From: a virus
Lineage: Duplodnaviria > Caudoviricetes
Strand: one strand, 5' to 3'
IMG/VR virus record: IMGVR_UViG_2791354954_000001
Coordinates: 3,446 to 67,445 of that record
DNA: 64,000 bases
Shown: positions 10,083-18,037 of the stretch, piece by piece
How positions within the stretch are numbered: the stretch's first letter is position 1
Layout: every line of letters begins with the position of its first letter
Position numbers and translations under genes: made by a program
Notes under the pieces: generated by a model
Databases searched by the model: none
Told to the model about the DNA's origin: nothing
Seen by the model: the letters and a program-made list of their open reading frames with translations, nothing else

Positions 10083-10453
10083 TATTCTTTCACCTCTTTT
10101 AACGCATTCATTTGGATGTCAATCACCGCCTCGTTATCCACCGTGTATTTTTCGCCTACTTGGGTGGTAAAACAGCCGAGATAAGAGGTGCGTTTATCAT
10201 CTTGGTTGAGCGGATAAATGGTGATTTTGGCATCACTGATTTCAGCCCAATCAATTTCCGAACCGTCAATCGGCATTGCCGCAGTGAGCGAGATTTCCCA
10301 CGTGGCAATGCCTTTGGCAAAACCACGCGCACGCCCTTCAGAGTTCATCGTTTTTACCAGCTTGCGCCCGGTTTGCTTGGTGATGTTTAAATCTTGGATT
10401 TCGATTTCAACACCATCCACCTCTAATACGGCAGAGCCTGCATATTTTTCCAT
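10082..10453 (-). CDS. Tail tube protein
   Basis: 123 aa immediately after sheath. Confidence 0.8.
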   Translation of the reverse strand: MEKYAGSAVLEVDGVEIEIQDLNITKQTGRKLVKTMNSEGRARGFAKGIATWEISLTAAMPIDGSEIDWAEISDAKITIYPLNQDDKRTSYLGCFTTQVGEKYTVDNEAVIDIQMNALKEVKE

Positions 10454-10462
10454 TTATGCCCC

Positions 10463-11878
10463 CTATAAAATTAAATCAATACGATTTGCCACAATGTGCA
10501 AGCCATTCACTACATCAGCCGGAATGGCTGTATCTACGCGATTTGGATCTTTGCCGTTACGTACAACCAACAAATTCACTTTGTGCTTATCCACCCCTTC
10601 TAAAATTTCTTGGTCTTCTAGGCGGTAAAGCACATCAAGGATTTCTGACCGCACTTTAGGTGGCGTTTTGTCGGATAACTTATCGCGCGGAAAACGTAAC
10701 GCAATGCGTTGTTCAATGGCTTTGCGTGTGTAGTCTAAGGTGCGAATTGTGGTTAAATCCAACCAAGTTGGGTCATCTACATTACTTGGCGATTTCGTGT
10801 AAGTGGTAATAGCTCGCACAATTTGCACCCGATTATTCACCACCATAATCGGCGTCAAACCGTGAAATAAGGCTTGGTTTACTTCGGTTTTAAGTGGCGT
10901 TTCAGTGGCATTGACCGGTGTCAAACCTTTAATTTCAAGTGTATTAAGCGGTTTTGCCGGATCTTCTTCGCCTGCAATAATCGCGCCAAAACCGGCTGCG
11001 ATTAAGGCATTGGACTCAATCGCCCCTTTATACCACCCCACGGTTACACGTTTATCATTAATGTTGCCCGCATAAGTTGTACCGCCCGCCATTGAACCGC
11101 GCCAACCCAAGACACCGATACCCGGTTTTTTCTCGGTTGGGCTTGCAACGGTCTCTAAATGCTCACGTAACACTCTGGCATTTTTGTCATCGGCAAACGG
11201 CGAGATAATCACGTGATAATGCTCACCGGCAACGCTGGCAAGGGCAGCGGATAAATCCGCATTTTCTGCGCCATTGGCAAGAGCTGTCACATTCACTGCC
11301 ATATCGGCGACGGTCAGCGTTGCACTTACCTGAATTTCATTACCAATTTCACCTTTGCATTTCGCCGTTAAATTGACTGTGCCTTCATTCGCTTCGGCAT
11401 TTACCGGGCAATAATCACCGGCATTAATCACCGCACTTAAACGGGTAGCAATGTTTGCTGCCGTTTCTGATTTAGCAATCGACACCGAATAATCCACACC
11501 GCCAATCAGCACTTTCAATACACCGGCATTGCTCGCCGTACCGTTTAAAACAATAGTACCGGTTGCAGCAACACCTGCTTCATTATCTTTTAAACCGATG
11601 GCGGTCAAACGGATCATCGCGTTATTTTGGATTGCCACACGTGCCATCAAATGCACCCAAGACCCTGCACCAAACGCATTTTTTGCATCGAGATCAGAAT
11701 AAATCGGGGTTGGTGCGCTAAAAGCTGTTTCACCGCCCAACATCGGTGCAACAATCAAGACATTTTGTTCATTTTGCGGTAATGCACTGATTGCATTACG
11801 TGCGTTATATTCCGTGTAAACACCCGGCAGACGAATACTGCCCGGAATATTGTCAAATTCAATATGGGTTTCACTCAT
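10463..11878 (-). CDS. Tail sheath protein (Mu gpL)
   Basis: IPGSIRLPGVYTE, DPAKPLNTL, TIRTLDY, DVVNGLH motifs; start MSETH with AGGAG RBS. Confidence 0.93.
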   Translation of the reverse strand: MSETHIEFDNIPGSIRLPGVYTEYNARNAISALPQNEQNVLIVAPMLGGETAFSAPTPIYSDLDAKNAFGAGSWVHLMARVAIQNNAMIRLTAIGLKDNEAGVAATGTIVLNGTASNAGVLKVLIGGVDYSVSIAKSETAANIATRLSAVINAGDYCPVNAEANEGTVNLTAKCKGEIGNEIQVSATLTVADMAVNVTALANGAENADLSAALASVAGEHYHVIISPFADDKNARVLREHLETVASPTEKKPGIGVLGWRGSMAGGTTYAGNINDKRVTVGWYKGAIESNALIAAGFGAIIAGEEDPAKPLNTLEIKGLTPVNATETPLKTEVNQALFHGLTPIMVVNNRVQIVRAITTYTKSPSNVDDPTWLDLTTIRTLDYTRKAIEQRIALRFPRDKLSDKTPPKVRSEILDVLYRLEDQEILEGVDKHKVNLLVVRNGKDPNRVDTAIPADVVNGLHIVANRIDLIL

Positions 11879-12047
11879 TGTTTTTCTCCTGTTTGCGTGA
11901 ACGGTCACTTACCACAACTAAATCACCGTCTTGGATACGGCGTTGATAATAAACAGACGGTTCAACATCCACCGGTGTTTGTTCAATATAAGCAAAGGGG
12001 TGGTATTCCATCGGGACTTTCACTCCGGCTTTAGCTTTAACTTTCAT
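11871..12047 (-). CDS. Mu gp38-like (DUF2635) small protein, not in ORF track
   Basis: Own translation MKVKAKAGVKVPMEYHP...SVYYQRRIQDGDL, 58 aa; AGGAG RBS. Confidence 0.8.
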   Translation of the reverse strand: MKVKAKAGVKVPMEYHPFAYIEQTPVDVEPSVYYQRRIQDGDLVVVSDRSRKQEKNNE

Positions 12048-12051
12048 TTTT

Positions 12052-12483
12052 TTACTCCTTACTCACATCAAGGGCTAACCAAGTGTTGTTATAGAGGGGG
12101 AGCAACGTGATACGATGCACCTTGTTATATCCGTGCGCCTTGGCAAACTCCTCTGGACTGACGGAAACATTTTTGTAACGCTGGAACCAACCATCATCAT
12201 TGATAATTCTTTTTTGACACAGTCCCCCTTTTACCCATTCGCAACGAATAATCACGTGTCCGCTTCCCGCTTCAACGGTTAATCCGCCTTGTTGTGCAAT
12301 CTGATTCACTACTTGCGCCTGTTGCTCTGCGTGTTTTCTTTTTTCCGATTGCTGTCGGGCGTTATTATTGGCAGAAATTGCTGCCGTTGTAGCTGCTGTG
12401 GTTGCCGCAATAGGCATTACCACCGCATTCGCAGAGATAGCGACAGCGGCACATAAAATTGCAGTTAAATAATGTTTTTTCAT
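12052..12483 (-). CDS. Exported hypothetical protein inserted in tail operon
   Basis: Signal peptide MKKHYLTAILCAAVAISANA; ATGA overlap with gp37. Confidence 0.65.
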   Translation of the reverse strand: MKKHYLTAILCAAVAISANAVVMPIAATTAATTAAISANNNARQQSEKRKHAEQQAQVVNQIAQQGGLTVEAGSGHVIIRCEWVKGGLCQKRIINDDGWFQRYKNVSVSPEEFAKAHGYNKVHRITLLPLYNNTWLALDVSKE

Positions 12484-13118
12484 TCTTTTGTCTCCACTTC
12501 AAACGGCACGACTGCACCGCTCATTGGGTCATAAATACCACCGCCAATACGTTCCAACATTGGCGCAGGCTCGGAATGCTCGCCCTGATAACGGGTAAAC
12601 ACATAATCAGGATTTTCAATATCACGGGTTTCTTCTGGGAATAAACCGTCTTCAAGCGGGGCTAAATCGTCATACACTGCTTCATACTCAATGGCATAGG
12701 CGGTAATTGCGCCACCTTTAAAAGCGGCATTGTTAAAAATGGTGCGCACATTGGTAGGTTTGAGTGGTTTAACTAACCGTCCCAAGGTTTGCGCATCCAA
12801 TAAACGCCGCACCGCTGTAATCAACTGATTGACACCCACTTCGCGCTCATTCACCCCACCTTGTCGGGCGGCAAGATTGCTGCGCAAAGAATTGACGGCT
12901 ACGATAATTACAAAAGTTGCCGTAGATTGATGCCGTTTAGCGTTTGTCCCCATTCGCTCAATACGTGACCCGCCAAAGGTCACTAAACACATCGGTAAAC
13001 GTGACGTGCCTAGGCTGTCTTTGTCCAGTTCGCCGCCATAGCTTTTTACCGTATTGACTAACCGCCCCAAACCACGTTGTAAACGGTCAACAAGGGCTTG
13101 CTCAATTTGTGTTATCAC
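12480..13118 (-). CDS. Mu gp37-like tail terminator (DUF1834-like)
   Basis: VKSYGGELD motif; synteny. Confidence 0.8.
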   Translation of the reverse strand: MITQIEQALVDRLQRGLGRLVNTVKSYGGELDKDSLGTSRLPMCLVTFGGSRIERMGTNAKRHQSTATFVIIVAVNSLRSNLAARQGGVNEREVGVNQLITAVRRLLDAQTLGRLVKPLKPTNVRTIFNNAAFKGGAITAYAIEYEAVYDDLAPLEDGLFPEETRDIENPDYVFTRYQGEHSEPAPMLERIGGGIYDPMSGAVVPFEVETKE

Positions 13119-13530
13119 GACTAAAAATCCTGTTTTTGGGATTAGTAAAAATCACGCCGTTGTCATTGCTGTCTGCATTGTCATCAGCCGGCGGCAAACC
13201 AAGCGACATTTTGCCCGTGCTAATATCTTCAAGCTCTTTTAAGCTCAATTTATAACGGGCAATAATCTCATCGGTAATATCTACGCCCGACATACTCGCC
13301 AAACGATACCGAGCCAAATCACAACAAAGCCGTACAAGATTTTGTGGCACGTTCTCAAGCGGTAGGCGATAACGCGCTGCCAAATAACCATCAATTTGAC
13401 CGGCACTATCGGACAATGCAATATTCAACACGTTTTCATTCACTTTGCCTTCTAAATCACGGTCAGTCAGTTCAATGGCTTGTACTTCACCGACACGCAA
13501 TACAAAATCTTCAACACTGGCGTAATTCAT
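13102..13530 (-). CDS. Mu gp36-like head-tail adaptor (DUF1320)
   Basis: IDGYLAARYRLPL..CCDLARYRL motif. Confidence 0.88.
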   Translation of the reverse strand: MNYASVEDFVLRVGEVQAIELTDRDLEGKVNENVLNIALSDSAGQIDGYLAARYRLPLENVPQNLVRLCCDLARYRLASMSGVDITDEIIARYKLSLKELEDISTGKMSLGLPPADDNADSNDNGVIFTNPKNRIFSRDNTN

Positions 13531-13532
13531 CG

Positions 13533-13907
13533 CTACTCCTCACACACAGGGATAAGCTCTAACCACGGATCTTCGGCAAGTAAAATCACTTTATCCGGCG
13601 TAATGTCATTCACATCGATGACAGTTTCAGCTTCTTTCGTAAAACGAAAGCCGGCACGCCCATAGCTTGATTGCGGATGAATAGGACGTAATTTCACGCT
13701 GTAAGCCACAGGCTCAATAACATTGCTCTCTATTTTGACTTGTTCCGCATTGGATTTTTCCGCTTCGTTTTCATCCGGTTTTGGCGTTTCATCCAATACT
13801 TTCTCTTCCGGTTTCGGAACATTATCCGAGACCGTTTCGTCAGCTGGCGGCGGAGTATTGATTTTTTCATCCTTTTCGGATGGCGTTGTTTGTTTTTGAC
13901 GACCCAT
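13533..13907 (-). CDS. Mu gp35-like / HI1506-like protein
   Basis: Acidic low-complexity N-terminus, YGRAGFRF..DPWL C-terminus; follows capsid gene. Confidence 0.7.
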   Translation of the reverse strand: MGRQKQTTPSEKDEKINTPPPADETVSDNVPKPEEKVLDETPKPDENEAEKSNAEQVKIESNVIEPVAYSVKLRPIHPQSSYGRAGFRFTKEAETVIDVNDITPDKVILLAEDPWLELIPVCEE

Positions 13908-13955
13908 TTTCTTTCTCCTAAAGGTGGGCTTAAACCCACCATTTAAATATGTTGA

Positions 13956-14879
13956 TTACTCAACAATTTGCGTTGACACCATCACTTTTAATGTGCCTTT
14001 TAATACATTAGATGTGCCATTGATAATATCGGCCTCTAACATTTTCTTCGCGGCATACTCAAGAGAAGGTGGGACGAGTAGCACATTTGGTCGAATATTA
14101 AGTAACTTGCCTCCATCGCCTTTTAATGATTTCATTTTCGCAATAACATCCATCAACACTTGTTCAGTGAGTTCTGAATCTTCTACACGGTGGGCTAACT
14201 GCCAGAATGCAAAACCGGCATTACCACGCGCTCGAACACCCCACACATATTGATCTTCCATAAAGACCGTATCGGATTTAGACGGGTCAAATTTTGTTTC
14301 AATTTCAGGACGTGTGCGTTCTTGCCAAATCAGTGGCTTAATTGAATTCGTGGTATCTAACACGTAAAATGCCGGTTTACCTGCTGCGGTGCCTTTGGTA
14401 ATGTTGCTTTGTGTCGTCTGATTACCTGTCCCATCAACTTCAGCATAGACAGGGTGGTCATCATCAAAAAAGTTTTGACCGTCATAGCAAAGCATTGATT
14501 TACCTTGTTTAAGTAAGCCAAACACTAAGTCGTCCGGCAATTCTGCGGCACTTTGCCCCATTTGTTTCACCATCGGACTAAATAAACCCACCTGATCATC
14601 TTCAATGTTTGTACGCGGAATGGCGACGGTACTTTCAAAAAGTTTATTGGTGACTTGCATACCTTGGGCTTGCATTTTGCGTAAACGACGTTTACCCACC
14701 CATTCTTGGAGTTTTGGGAAATGACCTAACCAGCCATAAGTATTTGTTTCAGTGGAACTTGATACTTTCATTGCCACTTCCGCCCATTGTGGGGTTACCA
14801 AACTTAATCCGCCACTAAACTCTTTTTTAAAGGCTTGGTCGAGGGCATTTAAAAGTTCCGATTTTTTAAATTTATCCAT
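13956..14879 (-). CDS. Major head subunit (Mu gpT)
   Basis: YGWLGHFPKLQEWVG, CYDGQNFFDDDHP, GFAFWQLA motifs. Confidence 0.95.
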   Translation of the reverse strand: MDKFKKSELLNALDQAFKKEFSGGLSLVTPQWAEVAMKVSSSTETNTYGWLGHFPKLQEWVGKRRLRKMQAQGMQVTNKLFESTVAIPRTNIEDDQVGLFSPMVKQMGQSAAELPDDLVFGLLKQGKSMLCYDGQNFFDDDHPVYAEVDGTGNQTTQSNITKGTAAGKPAFYVLDTTNSIKPLIWQERTRPEIETKFDPSKSDTVFMEDQYVWGVRARGNAGFAFWQLAHRVEDSELTEQVLMDVIAKMKSLKGDGGKLLNIRPNVLLVPPSLEYAAKKMLEADIINGTSNVLKGTLKVMVSTQIVE

Positions 14880-15421
14880 TATTTTTGCTCCTTATAAGCA
14901 GTCATATATTCTTGTTCACTTAAACCTAGGGCTTTTGCAGCTGCAGCTTCACCTGCACTCAACGCAACCACTTTCTGATTCGGATCTTCTTTCGCCTGAC
15001 TTTCACCGCCTAAAGCCTGATTTGGCGTTGCTACGGCTAAATAATCAGATAATGCGGTCACATCCGCTTTACCTAATTTTTCTGCCCAGTCTTTTTGCGA
15101 AGGCAATAAACGTCCATCCGAAAGTGCGGTTTGAATTAAATCTGCCACTTTGTCGTTTTGCACCTGTGCGGTCAATGCGGCTAATTTGTCTTGCACGTCT
15201 TTCATTACAGACACCTGCACATACTTTGTCGGGTCAGGTTCTGCGCCAACTTTGGCACTTAATGCAACGACCTCGTTGTCTTTTTCTTTTAACTTTTCAT
15301 ACACATCACTTAATGCCACCGGGCTATCGCCTTTTGCGGCAGAAAGTGCGGTCAGTTTTTGTTTCATTTCGTCTTCGGTCGCTTGTGGTGTACCGAATAA
15401 TTGACGTAATAACTCCAACAT
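14879..15421 (-). CDS. Nested in-frame scaffold protein Z
   Basis: AAGGA RBS before internal ATG (MLELLRQ); same arrangement as Mu I/Z. Confidence 0.7.
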   Translation of the reverse strand: MLELLRQLFGTPQATEDEMKQKLTALSAAKGDSPVALSDVYEKLKEKDNEVVALSAKVGAEPDPTKYVQVSVMKDVQDKLAALTAQVQNDKVADLIQTALSDGRLLPSQKDWAEKLGKADVTALSDYLAVATPNQALGGESQAKEDPNQKVVALSAGEAAAAKALGLSEQEYMTAYKEQK

Positions 15422-15922
15422 AGAATTATCCTTTTTTTGCTGTTGATTAAATCGGGATGAAAAGGCAATCGCCTCTGCCAAATCGTGACAAGCCGGACGG
15501 TTGGTGAGAGCGGCATTTAGCACCTTTGTGACTTTGCCGTCTTTAGCGCTTAAAAACATCGGCGAAATATACCGGTATTCACCGTCTTGAATTTGTTGAT
15601 GGGCTTTTTTTGTCCAATCCACATCGACAAAAATCCCTTCGCCGGAAATATATTCCGCCTTTTCCATCCACCCTGCGGCAGGATTGGGTTTGCCGTTTGT
15701 TTCGATAAAGAGTGTTTGATGTTCGTAGTCAATCATCAGCTTAATCTTTAACTGATTAATTTCTTCAGCTAAAGCGTAGCCGTTACTGTCATCTACATAC
15801 CAGCCTCCTGCACCTTCGGTGCGTTCATCTTGCGGATAAAAACGACCAAAGGGGAATAACTGAATACGCCCGTTTGTTTTTTTATCTAGCTCGAAACTTA
15901 ATGCAATCGGCGTGAGATTCAT
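14879..15922 (-). CDS. Head protease I (Mu gp32)
   Basis: IDYEHQTL, PAAGW, EYRYISP, ALTNRP motifs. Confidence 0.92.
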   Translation of the reverse strand: MNLTPIALSFELDKKTNGRIQLFPFGRFYPQDERTEGAGGWYVDDSNGYALAEEINQLKIKLMIDYEHQTLFIETNGKPNPAAGWMEKAEYISGEGIFVDVDWTKKAHQQIQDGEYRYISPMFLSAKDGKVTKVLNAALTNRPACHDLAEAIAFSSRFNQQQKKDNSMLELLRQLFGTPQATEDEMKQKLTALSAAKGDSPVALSDVYEKLKEKDNEVVALSAKVGAEPDPTKYVQVSVMKDVQDKLAALTAQVQNDKVADLIQTALSDGRLLPSQKDWAEKLGKADVTALSDYLAVATPNQALGGESQAKEDPNQKVVALSAGEAAAAKALGLSEQEYMTAYKEQK

Positions 15923-15956
15923 CGTTTGTTATCCTCGTTCTTTAATAGCGGATAAC

Positions 15957-16003
15957 AGAATAACGGAAAGGATAAAATGAAAAGAGAGGAGAGAGTTCCA
16001 CAC
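15957..16003 (-). promoter_or_regulatory. Late promoter upstream of protease I (PI-equivalent)
   Basis: GTGTGGAACTCTCTC, then 26 nt, then TATTCT. Confidence 0.72.
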
Positions 16004-16127
16004 GTTCCACTTTGTGTGAAAAATAAAAAGAGAAGAGATTTTTACCTCAAACCCATTTTAAAACGTTTTAAAACCGCTTTAAATTGTTTTAAAAAATAAA
16101 GGACGAAAAATGATACCCATAAAAAAG

Positions 16128-16161
16128 AAAATCGCCCTGTGTGCGATTAAGGGCGATTTTT
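16128..16161 (-). terminator. Intrinsic terminator after gpG
   Basis: AAAATCGCCCT...AGGGCGATTTT hairpin with A/T tracts on both sides. Confidence 0.65.
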
Positions 16162-16164
16162 GAT

Positions 16165-16650
16165 TTATTTCATCAGGCTTTGAAAATAACTTTGCACATC
16201 ATCTAAAATATCCGCTTCATCTTGCGGGGTTAAAACAAGGAAAGGGCGTGCCTGAATTTTGCTGCCGGGGTGATCTACCGACTTGCGCACAATACCATTA
16301 AATGCCAACCCTTTTTTTGTTACTGGCTTGATTTTATGCGGTTTGGTTTCTCCGCCAAAATGATGAATAGCCGCATACACTAAATTTGTGCCAACTTGTG
16401 CTTCATCATTGTCCCAACGGGCGTGAATACTATTACGTAATGCACCGCTGTCAATCAGGGGCGAACCACCCGGACGACTTTTTACGCCAAGCCATTTCGG
16501 GCGACCACCGGCTTCAAAGTTCTGATCTACCGCACTTTGCATTGTACCGGCAATCGTGCGCATTAACGGAACATTATAACGAATGCCTTCTGCCACCCGT
16601 TCTAACAGTGCCACCACTTCTTTTTCATTGTTGATTTTTATTTCAATCAT
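16165..16650 (-). CDS. Virion morphogenesis protein Mu gpG
   Basis: LIDSGALRNSI, VGTNLVYAAIHHFGG, ARPFL motifs; start MIEIK. Confidence 0.9.
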   Translation of the reverse strand: MIEIKINNEKEVVALLERVAEGIRYNVPLMRTIAGTMQSAVDQNFEAGGRPKWLGVKSRPGGSPLIDSGALRNSIHARWDNDEAQVGTNLVYAAIHHFGGETKPHKIKPVTKKGLAFNGIVRKSVDHPGSKIQARPFLVLTPQDEADILDDVQSYFQSLMK

Positions 16651-16659
16651 CGTTATATT
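16631..16659 (+). promoter_or_regulatory. sigma70 promoter antisense to head operon
   Basis: TTGATT-17 nt-TATATT; predicted start coincides with the 5' end of the cloverleaf at ~16667. Confidence 0.65.
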
Positions 16660-16666
16660 GTCCTTT

Positions 16667-16762
16667 GCCACTAGAAAAGCGATGAATCTCGAGGATCGCG
16701 GACGATAGGTTGAAAGAGTACCTTGGATTGTGTGTAGGTGGTTCGAGCCCTACCTAGTGGCG
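16667..16762 (+). ncRNA. tRNA-like cloverleaf RNA (non-canonical)
   Basis: 8-bp GCCACTAG/CTAGTGGC closing stem, GCGAT/ATCGC arm, AGGT/ACCT arm, T-arm with GGTTCGAGCCC; no encoded CCA. Confidence 0.65.
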
Positions 16763-18037
16763 TTATTTAAATGCCTTTTTCCATTGTTTTTCACTCACAA
16801 AACGAACAGATTGCATAAATATTTCGTTTTCTTTTCTAAGCACTTTCAACACTGCAACTATTTTTTTACCCTCAATTTGTTTATAAAACTGATACCCAAA
16901 TTCATCCGGTATGACTTTGTCAGGTTTATTAATAACATCAGGTAATAGCGCATATTCTTCAAGCCCAAATCCCTGCCCATCACGGCTATTAAATTGTTTA
17001 ATGAGTGTATCATCCGACAACCACACCGTTGCCGTTTCACTCATTAATGCCTTTTTATCGGTAGCATTTAATACACCGGCCGCAAATTTATATTCACGGC
17101 GAAGTTGATTTCGCACCGCCGTTAAATCGTCCGAGGTCAGTTTCTCGCTTAAATTTAGTCGTTGTTTAGCTTGTTTAAATTCGTTTTCAAACTGCTTAAA
17201 ATCAAATTTAAACCCCTCACCGCCCATTTCACGTTTGGCAAACTGATACGCTAAGGCTTCCGGATATAAATCTAAGTTCGGTTTATAAGTGGTGCGTCCC
17301 ACGTTGTAATCAAACCCACGGTCTGTGACCACCCATTTGTCATCTGACACCTTAAATGCGGTGGTTTTTTCCGTTTGAGTCGCATTGATTTTGCGATTGT
17401 ACTCAATCAAGCGTTCTTGGCTTTCGCCGACCACAAGATGACGCCGCGCAATATCCCGCTCGGCAAGGGCAATCACCGAGCAACGACAATTAAAGCCATT
17501 CGGGGGATAAAACACATTCCAAAATGGGTCATCATAACGATACACTAATCCGCTCATCGCCGAATGGCTTGGGCGGGTTCTGTCATCATTAACCGCCGAA
17601 TATTGCCAATAAGGGCGGCTGTCGGCATTATCCCGCATTTGTTGATAACGCTCGCTCGAATATGCCGCCTGCATATTGGTGCGATAAATGGTCTCTAACC
17701 GCCGTGGCGTACCAAAATATTCACCGGTTTTTGGATCAGCCAGTAAATAGCCTTTATCGTAACCGGCAATCCAACCTTTCTTTTTAAAATGCTCAAAAAT
17801 GCCTTTTTTCCACTCGCCGAAAGATTGTCCTTGTTGCTGTGCTTCAATCAGTGATTGGTAAATATCTTTCGTCATTTCAAGACTTGAAAGATTGGCAATA
17901 CGTGTTGCTTTTGCCCGTGCGCTGTCCATCAAGCCTTTTTCATCAATATGATCTAAAAAGGCTTTTTTACTTTTCAAAAATTCAATGGCTTTTTTCGGCG
18001 GTAAGCCTAATGCAAAACTAAGGTTTCGTTTTGGCAT
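16763..18037 (-). CDS. MuF (gp30) head morphogenesis protein with C-terminal extension (PBECR-like nuclease fold suspected)
   Basis: RLETIYRTN, RTRPSH, PPNGFNCRC motifs plus ~170 extra residues after GFDYNVG. Confidence 0.85.
   Translation of the reverse strand: MPKRNLSFALGLPPKKAIEFLKSKKAFLDHIDEKGLMDSARAKATRIANLSSLEMTKDIYQSLIEAQQQGQSFGEWKKGIFEHFKKKGWIAGYDKGYLLADPKTGEYFGTPRRLETIYRTNMQAAYSSERYQQMRDNADSRPYWQYSAVNDDRTRPSHSAMSGLVYRYDDPFWNVFYPPNGFNCRCSVIALAERDIARRHLVVGESQERLIEYNRKINATQTEKTTAFKVSDDKWVVTDRGFDYNVGRTTYKPNLDLYPEALAYQFAKREMGGEGFKFDFKQFENEFKQAKQRLNLSEKLTSDDLTAVRNQLRREYKFAAGVLNATDKKALMSETATVWLSDDTLIKQFNSRDGQGFGLEEYALLPDVINKPDKVIPDEFGYQFYKQIEGKKIVAVLKVLRKENEIFMQSVRFVSEKQWKKAFK

Noticed and set aside
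14752-15423. Long antisense ORFs such as 14752-15423 (+), 5950-6435 (+) and 38236-38703 (+)
   Set aside because: Shadow frames of well-supported genes, with no RBS or recognisable motifs.
16667-16762. Canonical decoding tRNA gene
   Set aside because: 8-bp acceptor stem, bulged T-stem, 4-bp arm with a 9-nt loop, atypical linkers and no CCA; kept only as tRNA-like.
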